41,553 bases of DNA from a virus (Duplodnaviria > Heunggongvirae > Uroviricota > Caudoviricetes), in the IMG/VR virus record IMGVR_UViG_2534681759_000006; one strand, 5' to 3'. Below, piece by piece: positions 27,002-38,827 of this stretch. The notes beneath the pieces are model-generated. The model ran no database searches and was not told where the DNA came from. It worked only from the letters and a program-made list of their open reading frames with translations. The translations under genes and the position numbers were made by a program. Numbering within the stretch: position 1 is the stretch's first letter; every line of letters begins with the position of its first letter.

Positions 27002-27357
27002 TGGCCCGTATCGGGGGAACCTGTTATTTCAAAATTGACGGTCAGCAGCTATCGCTGACCGGCGGCATTGAGGTGCCCATGAACAGGACGGTCAATGATG
27101 ACATCATCGGCCTGGACGGTTCAGTGGACCGCAAGGAAACTCACCGTGCGCCTTATGTCAAAGGGACCTTCAAGGTGCCGAAGAATTTTCCGGTGAGCAA
27201 AATCACCTCGTCTGATGAGATGACCATCACTGCCGAGCTGGCGAACGGTCAGGTCTATGTATTGTCGTCTGCCTGGCTGCACGGCGAAGCGAACCATAAT
27301 GCCGAAGAAGGCACGGTTGATCTTGAGTTCCACGGTGAAGAAGGGGATTACCAGTGA
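27001..27357 (+). CDS. tail tube protein (Mu gpM-like)
   Basis: Size and position after sheath; ATAATG overlap. Confidence 0.7.
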   Translation: MARIGGTCYFKIDGQQLSLTGGIEVPMNRTVNDDIIGLDGSVDRKETHRAPYVKGTFKVPKNFPVSKITSSDEMTITAELANGQVYVLSSAWLHGEANHNAEEGTVDLEFHGEEGDYQ

Positions 27358-27677
27358 TTGAGCTTGTACTTAAAAAACCGATCATCGCCCACAAAGAAAC
27401 ACTGCATGTGCTGGAAATACGTGAGCCTACGTATGACGAGATTGAGGCGCTGGGGTTCCCTTTCTCTGTTTCGCCTGATGGTGGTATGAAAATGGACAGT
27501 CAGGTGGCGCTGAAATATATCCCGCTTCTGGCCGGGATCCCGCGCTCGTCTGCAGCGCAGATGACGAAGCTGGATATTTTCAAGGCAGGCATGATTGTAA
27601 TGCGTTTTTTTACCGGCTTGGAGACGGAAGAGAGCTCCGGAAGCGATTCTACAATGTCGCGTGGTTCTGGAAATTAA
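27354..27677 (+). CDS. tail assembly chaperone
   Basis: Small acidic protein immediately upstream of tape measure. Confidence 0.55.
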   Translation: MIELVLKKPIIAHKETLHVLEIREPTYDEIEALGFPFSVSPDGGMKMDSQVALKYIPLLAGIPRSSAAQMTKLDIFKAGMIVMRFFTGLETEESSGSDSTMSRGSGN

Positions 27678-27761
27678 ACCCCCTTGAACTTCGCCGGACG
27701 GCTATTTCCCACTTTGCTGATCTGGAGGCAGAGGCTGTCCGTATAAATGAGGAGATGAAGC

Positions 27762-29669
27762 ATGGCTGATAATTTTCAGCTGAAAGCCATCATCACCGCT
27801 GTTGACAGGCTGTCCGGCCCGCTTAAAGGTATGCAGCGTCAGCTTAAGGGATTTCAGAAAGAAGTCTCCAGCCTTGCTCTGGGCGCTGCCGGGGCGGGTA
27901 CTGCAATAATGGGGGCACTGGCACTCCCTGTAAAATCAGCCATCACCCTTGAATCGAAGATGGCTGATGTCCGCAAAGTGGTGGACGGTCTGGATACGCC
28001 GGATGCGTTTAAGGCCATGACGGAGCAGGTACGCGCTTTGTCTACTGAGCTTCCCATGTCTGCAGACGGGATCGCGGAAATTGTGGCGGCTGGCGGTCAG
28101 GCCGGGATTGCACGTGATGAACTGATGCAGTTTGCCACTGATGCGGTGAAGATGGGCGTGGCCTTTGATACCACGGCTGAAGAGTCCGGGCAGATGATGG
28201 CCCAGTGGCGTACTGCGTTTAATATGACGCAGGATGAAGTGGCCGGGCTGGCTGACAAAATCAACTACCTTGGTAATACCGGCCCGGCGAACGCGAAGAA
28301 AATCTCCGATATTGTTACGCGTATTGGTCCTTTAGGTGGTGTTGCAGGTGTGGCTTCCGGCGAAATCGCGGCAATGGGGGCAACCATTGCCGGGATGGGC
28401 GTGGAGTCAGAAATTGCCGCCACAGGGATCAAGAACTTCATGCTTTCCCTGACCGCGGGAAATTCTGCGACAAAATCGCAGAAACAGGCATTGCGTTTTC
28501 TGCGGATCAATCCGAAGAAATTAGCTGCTGATATGCAGAAAGATGCCCGGGGCACCATGCTGTCTGTACTGGATGCGATGGCTAAAGTGCCTAAAGAAAA
28601 ACAGGCAGCTGTGCTGAATGCCCTGTTCGGGAAAGAGTCTCTGGGCGCGATAGCACCTCTGCTGACTAACCTTGATTTGTTGCGTACCAACTTCAGGCGG
28701 GTTGCGGATTCCCAGCAGTATGGCAGTTCGATGCAGAAGGAATATGCTTCGAGGGCAGCGACGACGGAAAACCAGCTTTTACTTCTGCAAAATCAACTTG
28801 ATGCCATTTCTTCCACGCTGGGGGAAACGTTTCTTCCTGAGGTTAATGATGGTCTTGAAGCGGTAAAACCGCTCCTTGAGGAAGTGAGAACGTTTGTCCG
28901 TGAAAACCCGGAGCTCGTTAAGACCATTGCTAAAATCGGTCTGGCTTTACTGACAGTGGGGGCCGCTGCAGGCTCTTTGTCCAGAATCATGAAAATTCTC
29001 GGCGGTGTGATGAATATGACGCCTGCTAAGGGGCTGATTGCTCTTCTGGTTGGTGGCGCTTACCTCATTATTGATAATTGGGAAACCGTAGGCCCTGTCA
29101 TAAAAAAAGTCTGGCACGTGGTGGATGAAACGGCGCAGGTGATGGGGGGATGGGAAACTGTTCTGAAAGCGATTGCCCTGTTTATGGCAACCAAATGGGT
29201 TGCTGACGTTACCAAATCCATTACCGCAGTGACCAGAGAGATGCGTACGCTGGGGAAGGTATCGGCAGAAACGGGATTGATGGGGAAAGGCCGCGGCTTT
29301 ATCGGGAAGGCCGGGGTATATGGTTTTTTGGGAACCCTGATGTATGAGCCGGTTAAAGATACTCTGGAAAGTGTTGTTCCTGAAGATACGGTTAACTGGC
29401 TGGATAATAAAGGGCTGTTTCTGGCTTCAGACTGGACGCCTTTTTTTGATCGTAAAGAGTACGAGCAGTATCAGGCCAGCCTGAGCCAGTACAAACCCAA
29501 TGTTCCGCTGTTGAATCCATCTTCTTCCATGACACAGCACAGCGAGCTGAAAGTCACGTTCGAGAATGCTCCGCCAGGTATGAAGATAATTGATGTACCG
29601 GGCAAAGCCGATCCCCTGATGAAAATCACGCACGATGTGGGGTATTCCCCTTTTCGTTTTCCACGATAA
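27762..29669 (+). CDS. tail tape measure protein (635 aa)
   Basis: Ala/Gly-rich helical repeats; size and position. Confidence 0.85.
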   Translation: MADNFQLKAIITAVDRLSGPLKGMQRQLKGFQKEVSSLALGAAGAGTAIMGALALPVKSAITLESKMADVRKVVDGLDTPDAFKAMTEQVRALSTELPMSADGIAEIVAAGGQAGIARDELMQFATDAVKMGVAFDTTAEESGQMMAQWRTAFNMTQDEVAGLADKINYLGNTGPANAKKISDIVTRIGPLGGVAGVASGEIAAMGATIAGMGVESEIAATGIKNFMLSLTAGNSATKSQKQALRFLRINPKKLAADMQKDARGTMLSVLDAMAKVPKEKQAAVLNALFGKESLGAIAPLLTNLDLLRTNFRRVADSQQYGSSMQKEYASRAATTENQLLLLQNQLDAISSTLGETFLPEVNDGLEAVKPLLEEVRTFVRENPELVKTIAKIGLALLTVGAAAGSLSRIMKILGGVMNMTPAKGLIALLVGGAYLIIDNWETVGPVIKKVWHVVDETAQVMGGWETVLKAIALFMATKWVADVTKSITAVTREMRTLGKVSAETGLMGKGRGFIGKAGVYGFLGTLMYEPVKDTLESVVPEDTVNWLDNKGLFLASDWTPFFDRKEYEQYQASLSQYKPNVPLLNPSSSMTQHSELKVTFENAPPGMKIIDVPGKADPLMKITHDVGYSPFRFPR

Positions 29670-29693
29670 CGCAGTCCTTTTTGAGGTCAGTCT

Positions 29694-31070
29694 ATGGATT
29701 TATCCTCATTTCCCACCCGACCTTCATTACTTTCGTCGTCTTCAGGCTGGCGTGACAGACTTCAGGACGCGTCATTTCGCGGTGTGCCGTTTAAGGTTGA
29801 AGAAGAAAGTGCGGGAACCGGTCGCCGTGTGGAAACACATGAATACCCGAACCGCGACAAGCCCTATACCGAAGATCTGGGAAAAGTCACTTTCCGCCCG
29901 TCCATCACAGCTTATGTGGTGGGAGATGACTGCTTTGACCAGCGCGATCGCCTGATTGAAGCGCTGAATAAACCCGGTCCCGGCACGCTTGTCCACCCGA
30001 CATATGGTGAGCTGAAAGTCTGTGTTGACGGGGAAGTTCGGGTCAGCACATCGAAAAGTGAAGGGCGTATTGTCCGCTTTGACCTGAAGTTTGCCGAAGC
30101 AGGAGAACTCTCTTACCCCACATCAGGTGCGGCGACGGCGCAGACGCTGATGTCATCCTGTTCTGCACTGGATGACTGCATCAGTGACAGCTTCAGCGGT
30201 TTCAGTATCGATGGTGTGGCGGATTTCGTGCAGAACGACGTTATCGGTAATGCCAGCATAATGCTGGGGTATGTTTCTGATGCGATGAAAGTGGTGGATT
30301 CTGCCGTATCGGATGCCGCCAGGCTGTTGCAGGGGGATATCTCGGTACTTCTGCCGCCGCCATCGTCAGGCAAAAATTTCGTTGAGCAGGTGCAGAAAAT
30401 GTGGCGTACCGGGAAACGCCTTTATGGTAACGCCAGCGACCTGGTCACCATGATCAAAACGCTTTCCGGTGTCAGCCTCGGCAGCGATCTGCAACCGCGC
30501 GGCGTCTGGAAAACGGACAGTAAAACCACCGCCACGGCGACGCAGCAGCGTAACGTGGTTGCCAGCACCCTTCGTACGACCGCAATCAGCGAAGCGGCGT
30601 ATGCCGTCACCCGATTGCCTGCGCCAATAACTTCCGCGGTGATGCAGAATTCCGCAATGGGGCAGGCAACAACACCCGCGCAGAGCACTGGCTGGCCTTC
30701 CGTCACGCATCCGGCACTGAACAATGCACCGGCGGTGAAAAACACGGTTGACCTGCCGACGTGGGAAGAACTGACTGACATTCGCGACACACTGAATACG
30801 GCAATTGATAAGGAGTTGTCCCGTACAACCAGTGATGCGCTGTTTCTGGCGCTGCGCCGGGTGAAAGCAGATCTGAATGCGGATATCAACACGCGCCTTG
30901 AACAGTCTGCACGGATCATTCAGCGCACACCGGATGAGGTTTTACCCGCGCTGGTGCTGGCGGCGACCTGGTTTGATAACGCGGCGCGTGACGCGGACAT
31001 TATCCGGCGTAATGCCATTACGCATCCCGGCTTTGTGCCGGTGATCCCTCTGAAGGTGCCAGTGCAATGA
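29694..31070 (+). CDS. DNA circulation protein (Mu gpN-like)
   Basis: N-terminal WRDRLQDASFRGVPFKVEEES...HEYP pattern typical of Mu-type DNA circulation proteins. Confidence 0.75.
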   Translation: MDLSSFPTRPSLLSSSSGWRDRLQDASFRGVPFKVEEESAGTGRRVETHEYPNRDKPYTEDLGKVTFRPSITAYVVGDDCFDQRDRLIEALNKPGPGTLVHPTYGELKVCVDGEVRVSTSKSEGRIVRFDLKFAEAGELSYPTSGAATAQTLMSSCSALDDCISDSFSGFSIDGVADFVQNDVIGNASIMLGYVSDAMKVVDSAVSDAARLLQGDISVLLPPPSSGKNFVEQVQKMWRTGKRLYGNASDLVTMIKTLSGVSLGSDLQPRGVWKTDSKTTATATQQRNVVASTLRTTAISEAAYAVTRLPAPITSAVMQNSAMGQATTPAQSTGWPSVTHPALNNAPAVKNTVDLPTWEELTDIRDTLNTAIDKELSRTTSDALFLALRRVKADLNADINTRLEQSARIIQRTPDEVLPALVLAATWFDNAARDADIIRRNAITHPGFVPVIPLKVPVQ

Positions 31071-32146
31071 ACGACAATGTCACGCTACGGGTAAATGGCC
31101 GGGAGTGGAATGGCTGGACATCGGTGCGCATCGGTGCCGGTATTGAACGGCTGGCGCGGGATTTCAGTGTGGAGATCACTCGCCAGTGGCCGGGAGATGA
31201 GGGTATCACCACGCTTCAGCCGCTCATTAAAAACGGTTCAAAAGTGGAAGTGCTGATTGGTGATGAGCTGGTGATTACCGGCTGGGTGGAGGCGACTCCC
31301 GTTCGTTACGATGCCCGTTCGGTCAGCACCGGTATTGCCGGACGTAGTCTGACGGCTGACCTGATTGACTGTGCAGCCGAACCGACACAGTTTAACGGAC
31401 GCTCGCTGGTGCAGATTGCGCAGGCGCTTGCTGCGCCTTTCGGCATTGAGGTGGTGAACAGCGGTGCGCCATCGGGTGTTATTCCTGATGTTCAGCCTGA
31501 TCACGGTGAAACGGTGATTGAGGTAATCAACAAAATACTCGGTCAGCAGCAGGCGCTGGCTTACGACGACCCGCACGGCAGGCTGGTGATTGGCGGTATT
31601 GGCTCAACGCGGGCACATACCGCGCTGGTACTTGGGGAAAACATCCTTTCCTGTGATACGGAGAAGAGTATCCGGGAGCGGTTTTCTGTTTACCAGGTGG
31701 CGGGGCAGCGTGCCGGAAACGACGATGATTTCGGTGAGGCCACCACCACCGCGCTGCGGGCCCGCACAGAGGACGCATTTATTGCCCGTTACCGTCCGAT
31801 GTATATCAGGCAGACAGGGCAGGCTACGGGGGCAGGCTGTATTGCGCGTGCTGACTTTGAAGCCCGGCAACGGGCGGCGCGGACGGATGAAACCACCTAT
31901 GTGGTGCAGGGCTGGCGACAGGGTAACGGTACGCTGTGGCAGCCCAACCAGCGGGTGATTGTCTTCGATCCGGTCTGTGGTTTCGACAATACCGAACTGC
32001 TTGTCTCGGAAGTCACGTTTACTCAGGACCAGAACGGCACCCTGACGGAAATCCGTGTCGGCCCGCCTGATGCTTATCTGCCTGAACCCGAAGATCCCGG
32101 CGCGCGGAAAAAGAAAAAAGCCAGAGTACAGGAGGACCCGTTCTGA
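31067..32146 (+). CDS. baseplate hub protein (Mu gpP-like)
   Basis: Order in Mu-like baseplate cluster. Confidence 0.7.
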   Translation: MNDNVTLRVNGREWNGWTSVRIGAGIERLARDFSVEITRQWPGDEGITTLQPLIKNGSKVEVLIGDELVITGWVEATPVRYDARSVSTGIAGRSLTADLIDCAAEPTQFNGRSLVQIAQALAAPFGIEVVNSGAPSGVIPDVQPDHGETVIEVINKILGQQQALAYDDPHGRLVIGGIGSTRAHTALVLGENILSCDTEKSIRERFSVYQVAGQRAGNDDDFGEATTTALRARTEDAFIARYRPMYIRQTGQATGAGCIARADFEARQRAARTDETTYVVQGWRQGNGTLWQPNQRVIVFDPVCGFDNTELLVSEVTFTQDQNGTLTEIRVGPPDAYLPEPEDPGARKKKKARVQEDPF

Positions 32147-32694
32147 TGAGGACGATTGAAGCCATGCAGCGACAACTTCTCGGCCTGATTGGGCGGGCAG
32201 TGGTGAAAAGCATCAGTGCCGCCACGAAATGTCAGACCGTGGATGTGTCCCTGATTGCCGGTGAACCCAAAGCCGGGGTTGAACATCTTGAACCCTACGG
32301 TTTTACCGCAAGGGCAAACAGCGGTGCGGAAGCGGTGGTGTTGTTTCCGGATGGCGACCGTTCTCATGCGGTGGTTGTTACGGTGTCGGACCGGCGCTAC
32401 CGCCTGAAAGGGCTGCAGACGGGTGAGGTGGCTGTCTATGACGATCAGGGGCAGTCTGTGACGCTGACCCGGGAGGGGATCGTGGTGGACGGTGCAGGTA
32501 AAACGATCACGTTTCGCAATGCGCCCAGAGCACGTTTTGAAATGGACCTTGAAGTGACCGGACAGGTGAAAGACCTGTGCGACTCCGGCGGCACTACCAT
32601 GTCAGCGATGCGGCTTGCCTATAACGGGCATCGTCACAGAGAGAACGGTCAGGGCAGTAACACCGACAAACCTGATAAAGCGATGGAGGCATGA
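32146..32694 (+). CDS. baseplate assembly protein V / spike (Mu gp45-like)
   Basis: Size and order. Confidence 0.65.
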   Translation: MRTIEAMQRQLLGLIGRAVVKSISAATKCQTVDVSLIAGEPKAGVEHLEPYGFTARANSGAEAVVLFPDGDRSHAVVVTVSDRRYRLKGLQTGEVAVYDDQGQSVTLTREGIVVDGAGKTITFRNAPRARFEMDLEVTGQVKDLCDSGGTTMSAMRLAYNGHRHRENGQGSNTDKPDKAMEA

Positions 32695-33119
32695 TGGAAC
32701 TGTGGCTGACGGTGAACGGTAAACGCACCTGCGCCAGCGCACCGCTGGATCCGCTGACCCGCGCCGTGGTGATTTCCCTGTTTACCTGGCGGCGGGCGGA
32801 GCCTGATGACAACGCCGACGTCCCGATGGGATGGTGGGGGGATACCTGGCCTGCGGTACAGAATGACCGTTACGGCTCCCGACTGTGGCTGCTTCAGCGC
32901 AGCAAACTGACCAATCAGCTGGTGCAGACGGTAAGGGGGTATATCCGCGAATGCCTGCAATGGATGATTGATGACGGCGTGGTGTCCCGTATTGATCTGG
33001 ATATCCGCCGCACCGGGATTAATGAGCTGGGTAACAGTATCACCCTCTGGCGTCGTGACGGACCGGTAATGATTTCTTTTGATGATCTGTGGAGTGCGAT
33101 AACGCATGGCGGACAGTGA
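32691..33119 (+). CDS. baseplate protein (Mu gp46-like)
   Basis: Size and order. Confidence 0.6.
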   Translation: MMELWLTVNGKRTCASAPLDPLTRAVVISLFTWRRAEPDDNADVPMGWWGDTWPAVQNDRYGSRLWLLQRSKLTNQLVQTVRGYIRECLQWMIDDGVVSRIDLDIRRTGINELGNSITLWRRDGPVMISFDDLWSAITHGGQ

Positions 33120-34164
33120 ATTTCAGCGCCCGACGCTGGCAGAAAATATCAGTATGCTCCGTAACGATTTATTCGCCAGGCTGGACGTCAGCGACACGCT
33201 CCGGCGCATGGATGAAGACGTGCGGGCAAAGGTGTATGCGGCGGCGCTGCATACGGTTTACGGTTACATCGATTATCTGGCAATGAACATGCTGCCTGAC
33301 CTGTGCGATGAGTCCTGGCTGGCGCGACATGCTGCGATGAAACGGTGTCCGCGCAAGGGGGCCACGGCTGCCAGTGGGTATATGCGCTGGGAAGGTGTCA
33401 GCGATGGCCTGAAGGTGACCGCCGGGAGCGTGATTCAGCGCGCTGACCTGGTTCAATACACGGCAACTGCTGATGCAACCAGCTCCGGTGGTGTCCTGCG
33501 CGTGCCGATCACTTGCTCAAGTGCAGGCGCGGTCGGTAACGCTGACGACGGTACGGCATTAATCCTGGTCACGCCGGTGAATGGTCTGCCGTCTTCCGGT
33601 GTTGCAGATACCCTGACTGGCGGATTCGATACTGAAGATCTGGAAACGTGGCGCGCCCGCGTCATTGAGCGGTATTACTGGACGCCTCAGGGCGGGGCTG
33701 ACGGGGACTATGTCGTCTGGGCTAAAGAAGTGCCCGGCATTACCCGCGCATGGACATACCGTCACTGGATGGGAACGGGAACTGTCGGTGTGATGATTGC
33801 CAGCAGTGACCTGATTAATCCCATTCCGGAAGAATCAACGGAAACGGCGGCAAGGCTGCATATCGAGCCACTGGCCCCGGTGGCAGGCTCTGATTTGTAT
33901 GTGTTCAGGCCGGTGGCGCATACGGTGGATTTTCATATCCGTGTGACGCCGGATACACCAGAAATACGGGCTGCCATCACCGCCGAGTTGCGTTCGTTCC
34001 TGCTGCGTGATGGTTATCCGCAGGGAGAACTGAAGGTGTCGCGTATCAGTGAAGCGATTTCCGGTGCGAACGGGGAATACAGCCATCAGTTGCTTGCACC
34101 GGCAGACAATATCTCCATTGCAAAAAATGAACTGGCGGTACTGGGGACGATTTCATGGACGTGA
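33106..34164 (+). CDS. baseplate J-like protein (Mu gp47-like)
   Basis: Size and order. Confidence 0.7.
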   Translation: MADSEFQRPTLAENISMLRNDLFARLDVSDTLRRMDEDVRAKVYAAALHTVYGYIDYLAMNMLPDLCDESWLARHAAMKRCPRKGATAASGYMRWEGVSDGLKVTAGSVIQRADLVQYTATADATSSGGVLRVPITCSSAGAVGNADDGTALILVTPVNGLPSSGVADTLTGGFDTEDLETWRARVIERYYWTPQGGADGDYVVWAKEVPGITRAWTYRHWMGTGTVGVMIASSDLINPIPEESTETAARLHIEPLAPVAGSDLYVFRPVAHTVDFHIRVTPDTPEIRAAITAELRSFLLRDGYPQGELKVSRISEAISGANGEYSHQLLAPADNISIAKNELAVLGTISWT

Positions 34165-34739
34165 CAAACGATGATTACATCCGTCTGTTGTCGGCACTGT
34201 TGCCCCCCGGTCCGGCGTGGTCAGCCAGCGATCCGTCGATTGCCGGTGCGGCACCGTCATTAACCCGCGTTCATCAGCGTGCGGATGCCCTGATGCGGGA
34301 GCTGGATCCGCGCACCACCACTGAACTGATAAACCGCTGGGAGCGTCTGTGCGGTCTGCCGGATGAATGTATTCCCGCAGGGACACAGACCCTTCGCCAG
34401 CGTCAGCAACGGCTGGATGCGAAGGTTAACCTGGCGGGCGGCATCAACGAGGATTTTTACCTTGCACAGCTTGCTGCCCTGGGCAGACCAGACGCTACCA
34501 TCACGCGATACGACAAAAGCACGTTCACCTGCTCATCGGCCTGTACTGACGCTGTGAACGCGCCTGAATGGCGGTATTACTGGCAGGTCAACATGCCAGC
34601 CACCACCAACACCACCTGGATGACATGTGGCGATCCCTGTGATTCCGCACTGCGTATCTGGGGCGATACAGTTGTCGAATGTGTGCTTAACAAACTCTGC
34701 CCGTCGCATACCTACGTAATTTTTAAATATCCGGAGTAA
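34155..34739 (+). CDS. tail protein (Mu gp48 / DUF2313-like)
   Basis: Size and order, immediately upstream of tail fibre. Confidence 0.6.
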   Translation: MDVTNDDYIRLLSALLPPGPAWSASDPSIAGAAPSLTRVHQRADALMRELDPRTTTELINRWERLCGLPDECIPAGTQTLRQRQQRLDAKVNLAGGINEDFYLAQLAALGRPDATITRYDKSTFTCSSACTDAVNAPEWRYYWQVNMPATTNTTWMTCGDPCDSALRIWGDTVVECVLNKLCPSHTYVIFKYPE

Positions 34740-34742
34740 TCC

Positions 34743-35387
34743 ATGCATCGTATAGACACGAAAACCGCGCAGAAGGATAAGTTCGGCGCGGGTAAGAACG
34801 GTTTTACCAGTGGTAACCCCCAGACTGGCACGCCTGCCACCGATCTGGATGATGACTACTTTGACATGTTGCAGGAAGAACTTTGTAGCGTTGTTGAGGC
34901 ATCCGGTGCCAGTCTTGAGAAGGCGCGGCACGACCAGCTGCTTACCGCGCTTCGTGCGCTGCTGTTAAGCCGCAAGAATCCGTTTGGCGATATCAAATCG
35001 GATGGCACCGTGAAAACGGCTCTCGAAAACCTTGGTTTGGGAGAAGCGGCAAAACGAAATGTAGGAACAGGTTCAGGTCAGATACCGGATATGAGTTCTT
35101 TTTCTGGCAGCATTGCCAGCAAGGGATATCAGAAGTTACCGGGAGGATTGATTATCCAATGGGGGGCAGGAGATGCAGGTACGGGTTATGTAGGCTCGAC
35201 AGGAAATGAGATGAATTTCCCAATCGCTTTTCCGTCACAATGTTTTCAGGTGGTGACGTCCTACGATAATGGTGGAGGAAAAATTGTTGCCGGGGCAGCA
35301 GGGAATATGACCAGGACAGGATTTCTTCTACGCTGTGATGCTTCTGGTGGCAATTATAATTTTCGCTGGTTTGCAATAGGGTGCTGA
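34743..35387 (+). CDS. tail fibre protein: constant N-terminal part plus currently expressed variable C-terminal part
   Basis: Crossover site lies inside the gene at the NLGLGE codons; downstream tfa gene. Confidence 0.75.
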   Translation: MHRIDTKTAQKDKFGAGKNGFTSGNPQTGTPATDLDDDYFDMLQEELCSVVEASGASLEKARHDQLLTALRALLLSRKNPFGDIKSDGTVKTALENLGLGEAAKRNVGTGSGQIPDMSSFSGSIASKGYQKLPGGLIIQWGAGDAGTGYVGSTGNEMNFPIAFPSQCFQVVTSYDNGGGKIVAGAAGNMTRTGFLLRCDASGGNYNFRWFAIGC

Positions 35388-35388
35388 T

Positions 35389-35832
35389 ATGAGTAATTAT
35401 TATTTTTCACGGACGACGTTAGCTTTTTATCCGGTAGATATGCTGGAGCTATATCGCTCATATGACAGCTTACCGGATGATATTACGCCAGTATCTGATG
35501 AAATATTTTTGACTTATTCAGGAACACCACCTGAAGGGAAAGCGCGCGGTGCAAATGATGATGGACAACCTGAGTGGGTTGATATTCCACCAATGACTCC
35601 TGAAGAAGCAATACTCCTTGCCACAGCTCAAAAACAAAATCTTATTGATAATGCCAACGAATATATGAACAGTAAGCAATGGCCTGGCAAAGCAGCTATT
35701 GGTCGTCTGAAAGGTGACGAACTGGCGCAATATAATTTGTGGCTGGATTACCTGGACGCACTGGAACTGGTCGATACTTCCGGTGCGCCAGATATTGAAT
35801 GGCCTACGCCTCCGGCAGTTCAGGCCAGATGA
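35389..35832 (+). CDS. tail fibre assembly chaperone (Tfa)
   Basis: Tfa C-terminal motif (NLWLDYLDAL...WPTPP). Confidence 0.8.
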   Translation: MSNYYFSRTTLAFYPVDMLELYRSYDSLPDDITPVSDEIFLTYSGTPPEGKARGANDDGQPEWVDIPPMTPEEAILLATAQKQNLIDNANEYMNSKQWPGKAAIGRLKGDELAQYNLWLDYLDALELVDTSGAPDIEWPTPPAVQAR

Positions 35833-36406
35833 CATCCGGCGCGGTGCTGGTATCTGTTACCGTCACAGCGTCAATGTAATCCAGCACGGCGTTAAGTCGG
35901 GTTGTTTCTGCCTGCGTCAACTTCCGTCCGGCCTGCAATTTCAGTTGAATCAGACTAATGGAAGCCATTGCAGTATCAATCAGTGACTGACGTTGTGCTT
36001 CTGCCGCGTCTACTGCGGCGCTATGCTGTGCCTCGGTATCCGTCACCCATTTCTCACCATCCCATTTATCGTATGGCGTTAACGGGGCGATAGTGGTTGT
36101 TTTTTCGGGGTAATCACCCGGAGTTGTGATTTCTTTGGCGTCTCCCGTTTCGGTGTTATAGACGATTTCACCGCGATGGTCTGGCACATATTCCCATGAG
36201 TTTAAATCCATCGAACGGCAGATAGCATAACCCGCCTTATGTGTGCCAGGGGCATCTAAACAGGAATATGCAGGGATACCGACGCCAACAGCAAGATATT
36301 CATTTGAAGTGGAAATATATTCTCGAGTTTCACCATCATAGTTATAGACGGTAATATTCCCTGCTTTGGTGGCGATAATCTCGCTATTTAATATGGCGTT
36401 ATCCAT
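35804..36406 (-). CDS. alternative tail fibre assembly chaperone (Tfa', inverted orientation)
   Basis: Tfa motif (LNAVLDYIDAV...WPELP); convergent with tfa. Confidence 0.8.
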   Translation of the reverse strand: MDNAILNSEIIATKAGNITVYNYDGETREYISTSNEYLAVGVGIPAYSCLDAPGTHKAGYAICRSMDLNSWEYVPDHRGEIVYNTETGDAKEITTPGDYPEKTTTIAPLTPYDKWDGEKWVTDTEAQHSAAVDAAEAQRQSLIDTAMASISLIQLKLQAGRKLTQAETTRLNAVLDYIDAVTVTDTSTAPDVIWPELPEA

Positions 36407-36895
36407 TATGCAGCCCTCACAATATAGTTAAATGCAATATTCCTTGGTCGAACCCTAAAACCAGCCCCTGCGCCTGCTCCAATTGGTGGCAATTCGATAG
36501 AGGGGTATGCTGTTGCAGGGGAATATAAACCTTCACGGGAATCATAATCAGTCGTCATATAGTTAGACGTATTATCAGAAACAGTTTCTGTCGGTCTGGT
36601 AACCAGACGATAAGAGCCAGTGGTTGGTGACCTGACCAGACCAAAACTTTCAACCAGAGTGGCTTTTTGAAAGCTTAATAATCCCCGACCACTGTCAGCT
36701 CCACGCCCGTCATCCCAGCCACGAATAAACTCACCACGTAAATCAGGCAATTTATTTGTCGGATAAGCCTTTGCCAGTTCCGGGTATTCTTCAGCAGAAA
36801 AAGCTGCACCGTTGCATTTCAGCCAGCCTGTCGGCGGAGTGGCTGAAGGCCATGGAACAGGGACACCAACAGGTAATGCCGAACCTTCTCCCAAA
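36406..36895 (-). CDS. alternative tail-fibre variable C-terminal segment (expressed only after inversion)
   Basis: Frame shares the GLGE crossover codons with the + strand fibre gene; tail-collar motif (GWLKCNGAAFSAEEYPELAKAY...LPDLRGEFIRG). Confidence 0.7.
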
Positions 36896-36965
36896 CCAAC
36901 GTTTATGAAAATGCAGAAATAACGAGCAAATGGCATCATTCCTGCTTTTGTCAGAGGGATCCACT

Positions 36966-37520
36966 ATGCTTATTGGCTATGTACGCGTATCAACAAATGA
37001 CCAGAACACCGATCTACAACGTAATGCGTTGAACTGTGCAGGATGTGAGCTGATGTTTGAAGACAAGATAAGCGGTACAAAGTCCGACAGACCAGGACTG
37101 AAAAAGCTGCTCAGGACACTATCGGCAGGTGACACGCTGGTGGTCTGGAAACTGGACCGACTGGGGCGCAGTATGCGGCATCTTGTCGTGCTGGTGGAGG
37201 AGTTGCGCGAACGAGGCATCAACTTTCGTAGTCTGACGGATTCAATTGATACCAGTACCCCAATGGGGCGCTTTTTCTTTCATGTGATGGGTGCCCTGGC
37301 TGAAATGGAGCGTGAACTGATTGTTGAACGAACAAAAGCTGGACTGGAAGCTGCTCGCGCACAGGGACGAATTGGTGGACGTCGTCCCAAACTTACACCA
37401 GAACAATGGGAGCAGGCCGGACGATTAATTGCATCAGGCGTTCCTCGCCAGAAGGTGGCGATCATCTATGATGTTGGTATATCGACACTGTATAAGAAGT
37501 TTCCGGTCGGAGATAAATGA
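36966..37520 (+). CDS. pin: serine DNA invertase (Pin/Gin/Hin family)
   Basis: N-terminal resolvase catalytic motif (LIGYVRVSTNDQNTDLQ), C-terminal HTH; adjacent to invertible segment. Confidence 0.9.
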   Translation: MLIGYVRVSTNDQNTDLQRNALNCAGCELMFEDKISGTKSDRPGLKKLLRTLSAGDTLVVWKLDRLGRSMRHLVVLVEELRERGINFRSLTDSIDTSTPMGRFFFHVMGALAEMERELIVERTKAGLEAARAQGRIGGRRPKLTPEQWEQAGRLIASGVPRQKVAIIYDVGISTLYKKFPVGDK

Positions 37521-37560
37521 AACCGTAGCACGTCGTATGCAAGAAGATCGTGCTGCGGTT
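37521..37560. repeat. hairpin repeat copy A (CCGTAGCACG tcgtatgcaagaagat CGTGCTGCGG)
   Basis: Near-identical to copy B at 38540..38580; followed by GGTTTATGCTT so it may also terminate pin. Confidence 0.7.
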
Positions 37561-37580
37561 TATGCTTATCACTTAAAGAC

Positions 37581-38450
<870 letters not shown>

Positions 38451-38539
38451 CTAAGCCTTTGAATTTACATAGTATAAAAAAGATACTTTTCCTCATAATG
38501 TGAATTAATTTTATGTTTCGTTTGATGATTGGACCGGTC

Positions 38540-38580
38540 TCGAAACCCGTAGCCACGTCGTATGCAAGAACGTGCTACGA
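38540..38580. repeat. hairpin repeat copy B (CCGTAGCCACG tcgtatgcaagaa CGTGCTACG)
   Basis: Same orientation and loop sequence as copy A; lies in the GIY-YIG gene's upstream region. Confidence 0.7.
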
Positions 38581-38827
38581 CTGGCTGGTGAACTTCCGAT
38601 AGTGCGAGTATTGAATGATTTCCAACTGTTATCGATTTTGCGTATTTTTTGCATGAGAGGATTTTTACCTCCTCCCACCGATCCTCCATGGCTTTACGCC
38701 AGTGTCTCTGGTCTGCTATGTACCAGAAGCGGAAGTTGTGTCTGTTAGTATGATATTATAATTACACTCGCTTATAATAAGCCCACAATACAGATATAAA
38801 AATATCTCAACGCTTGGGAGTTAACAA

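Larger units (their letters stand above)
35020..36911. mobile_element. Pin/Gin-type invertible tail-fibre segment bounded by inverted gix-like sites (left ~35020..35045, right ~36886..36911)
   Basis: Inverted copies of TTGGTTTGGGAGAAG containing the AAACC-NN-GGTTT core typical of gix/pix sites; opposed tfa and promoterless tail-fibre C-terminus inside; serine invertase gene immediately outside. Confidence 0.8.
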
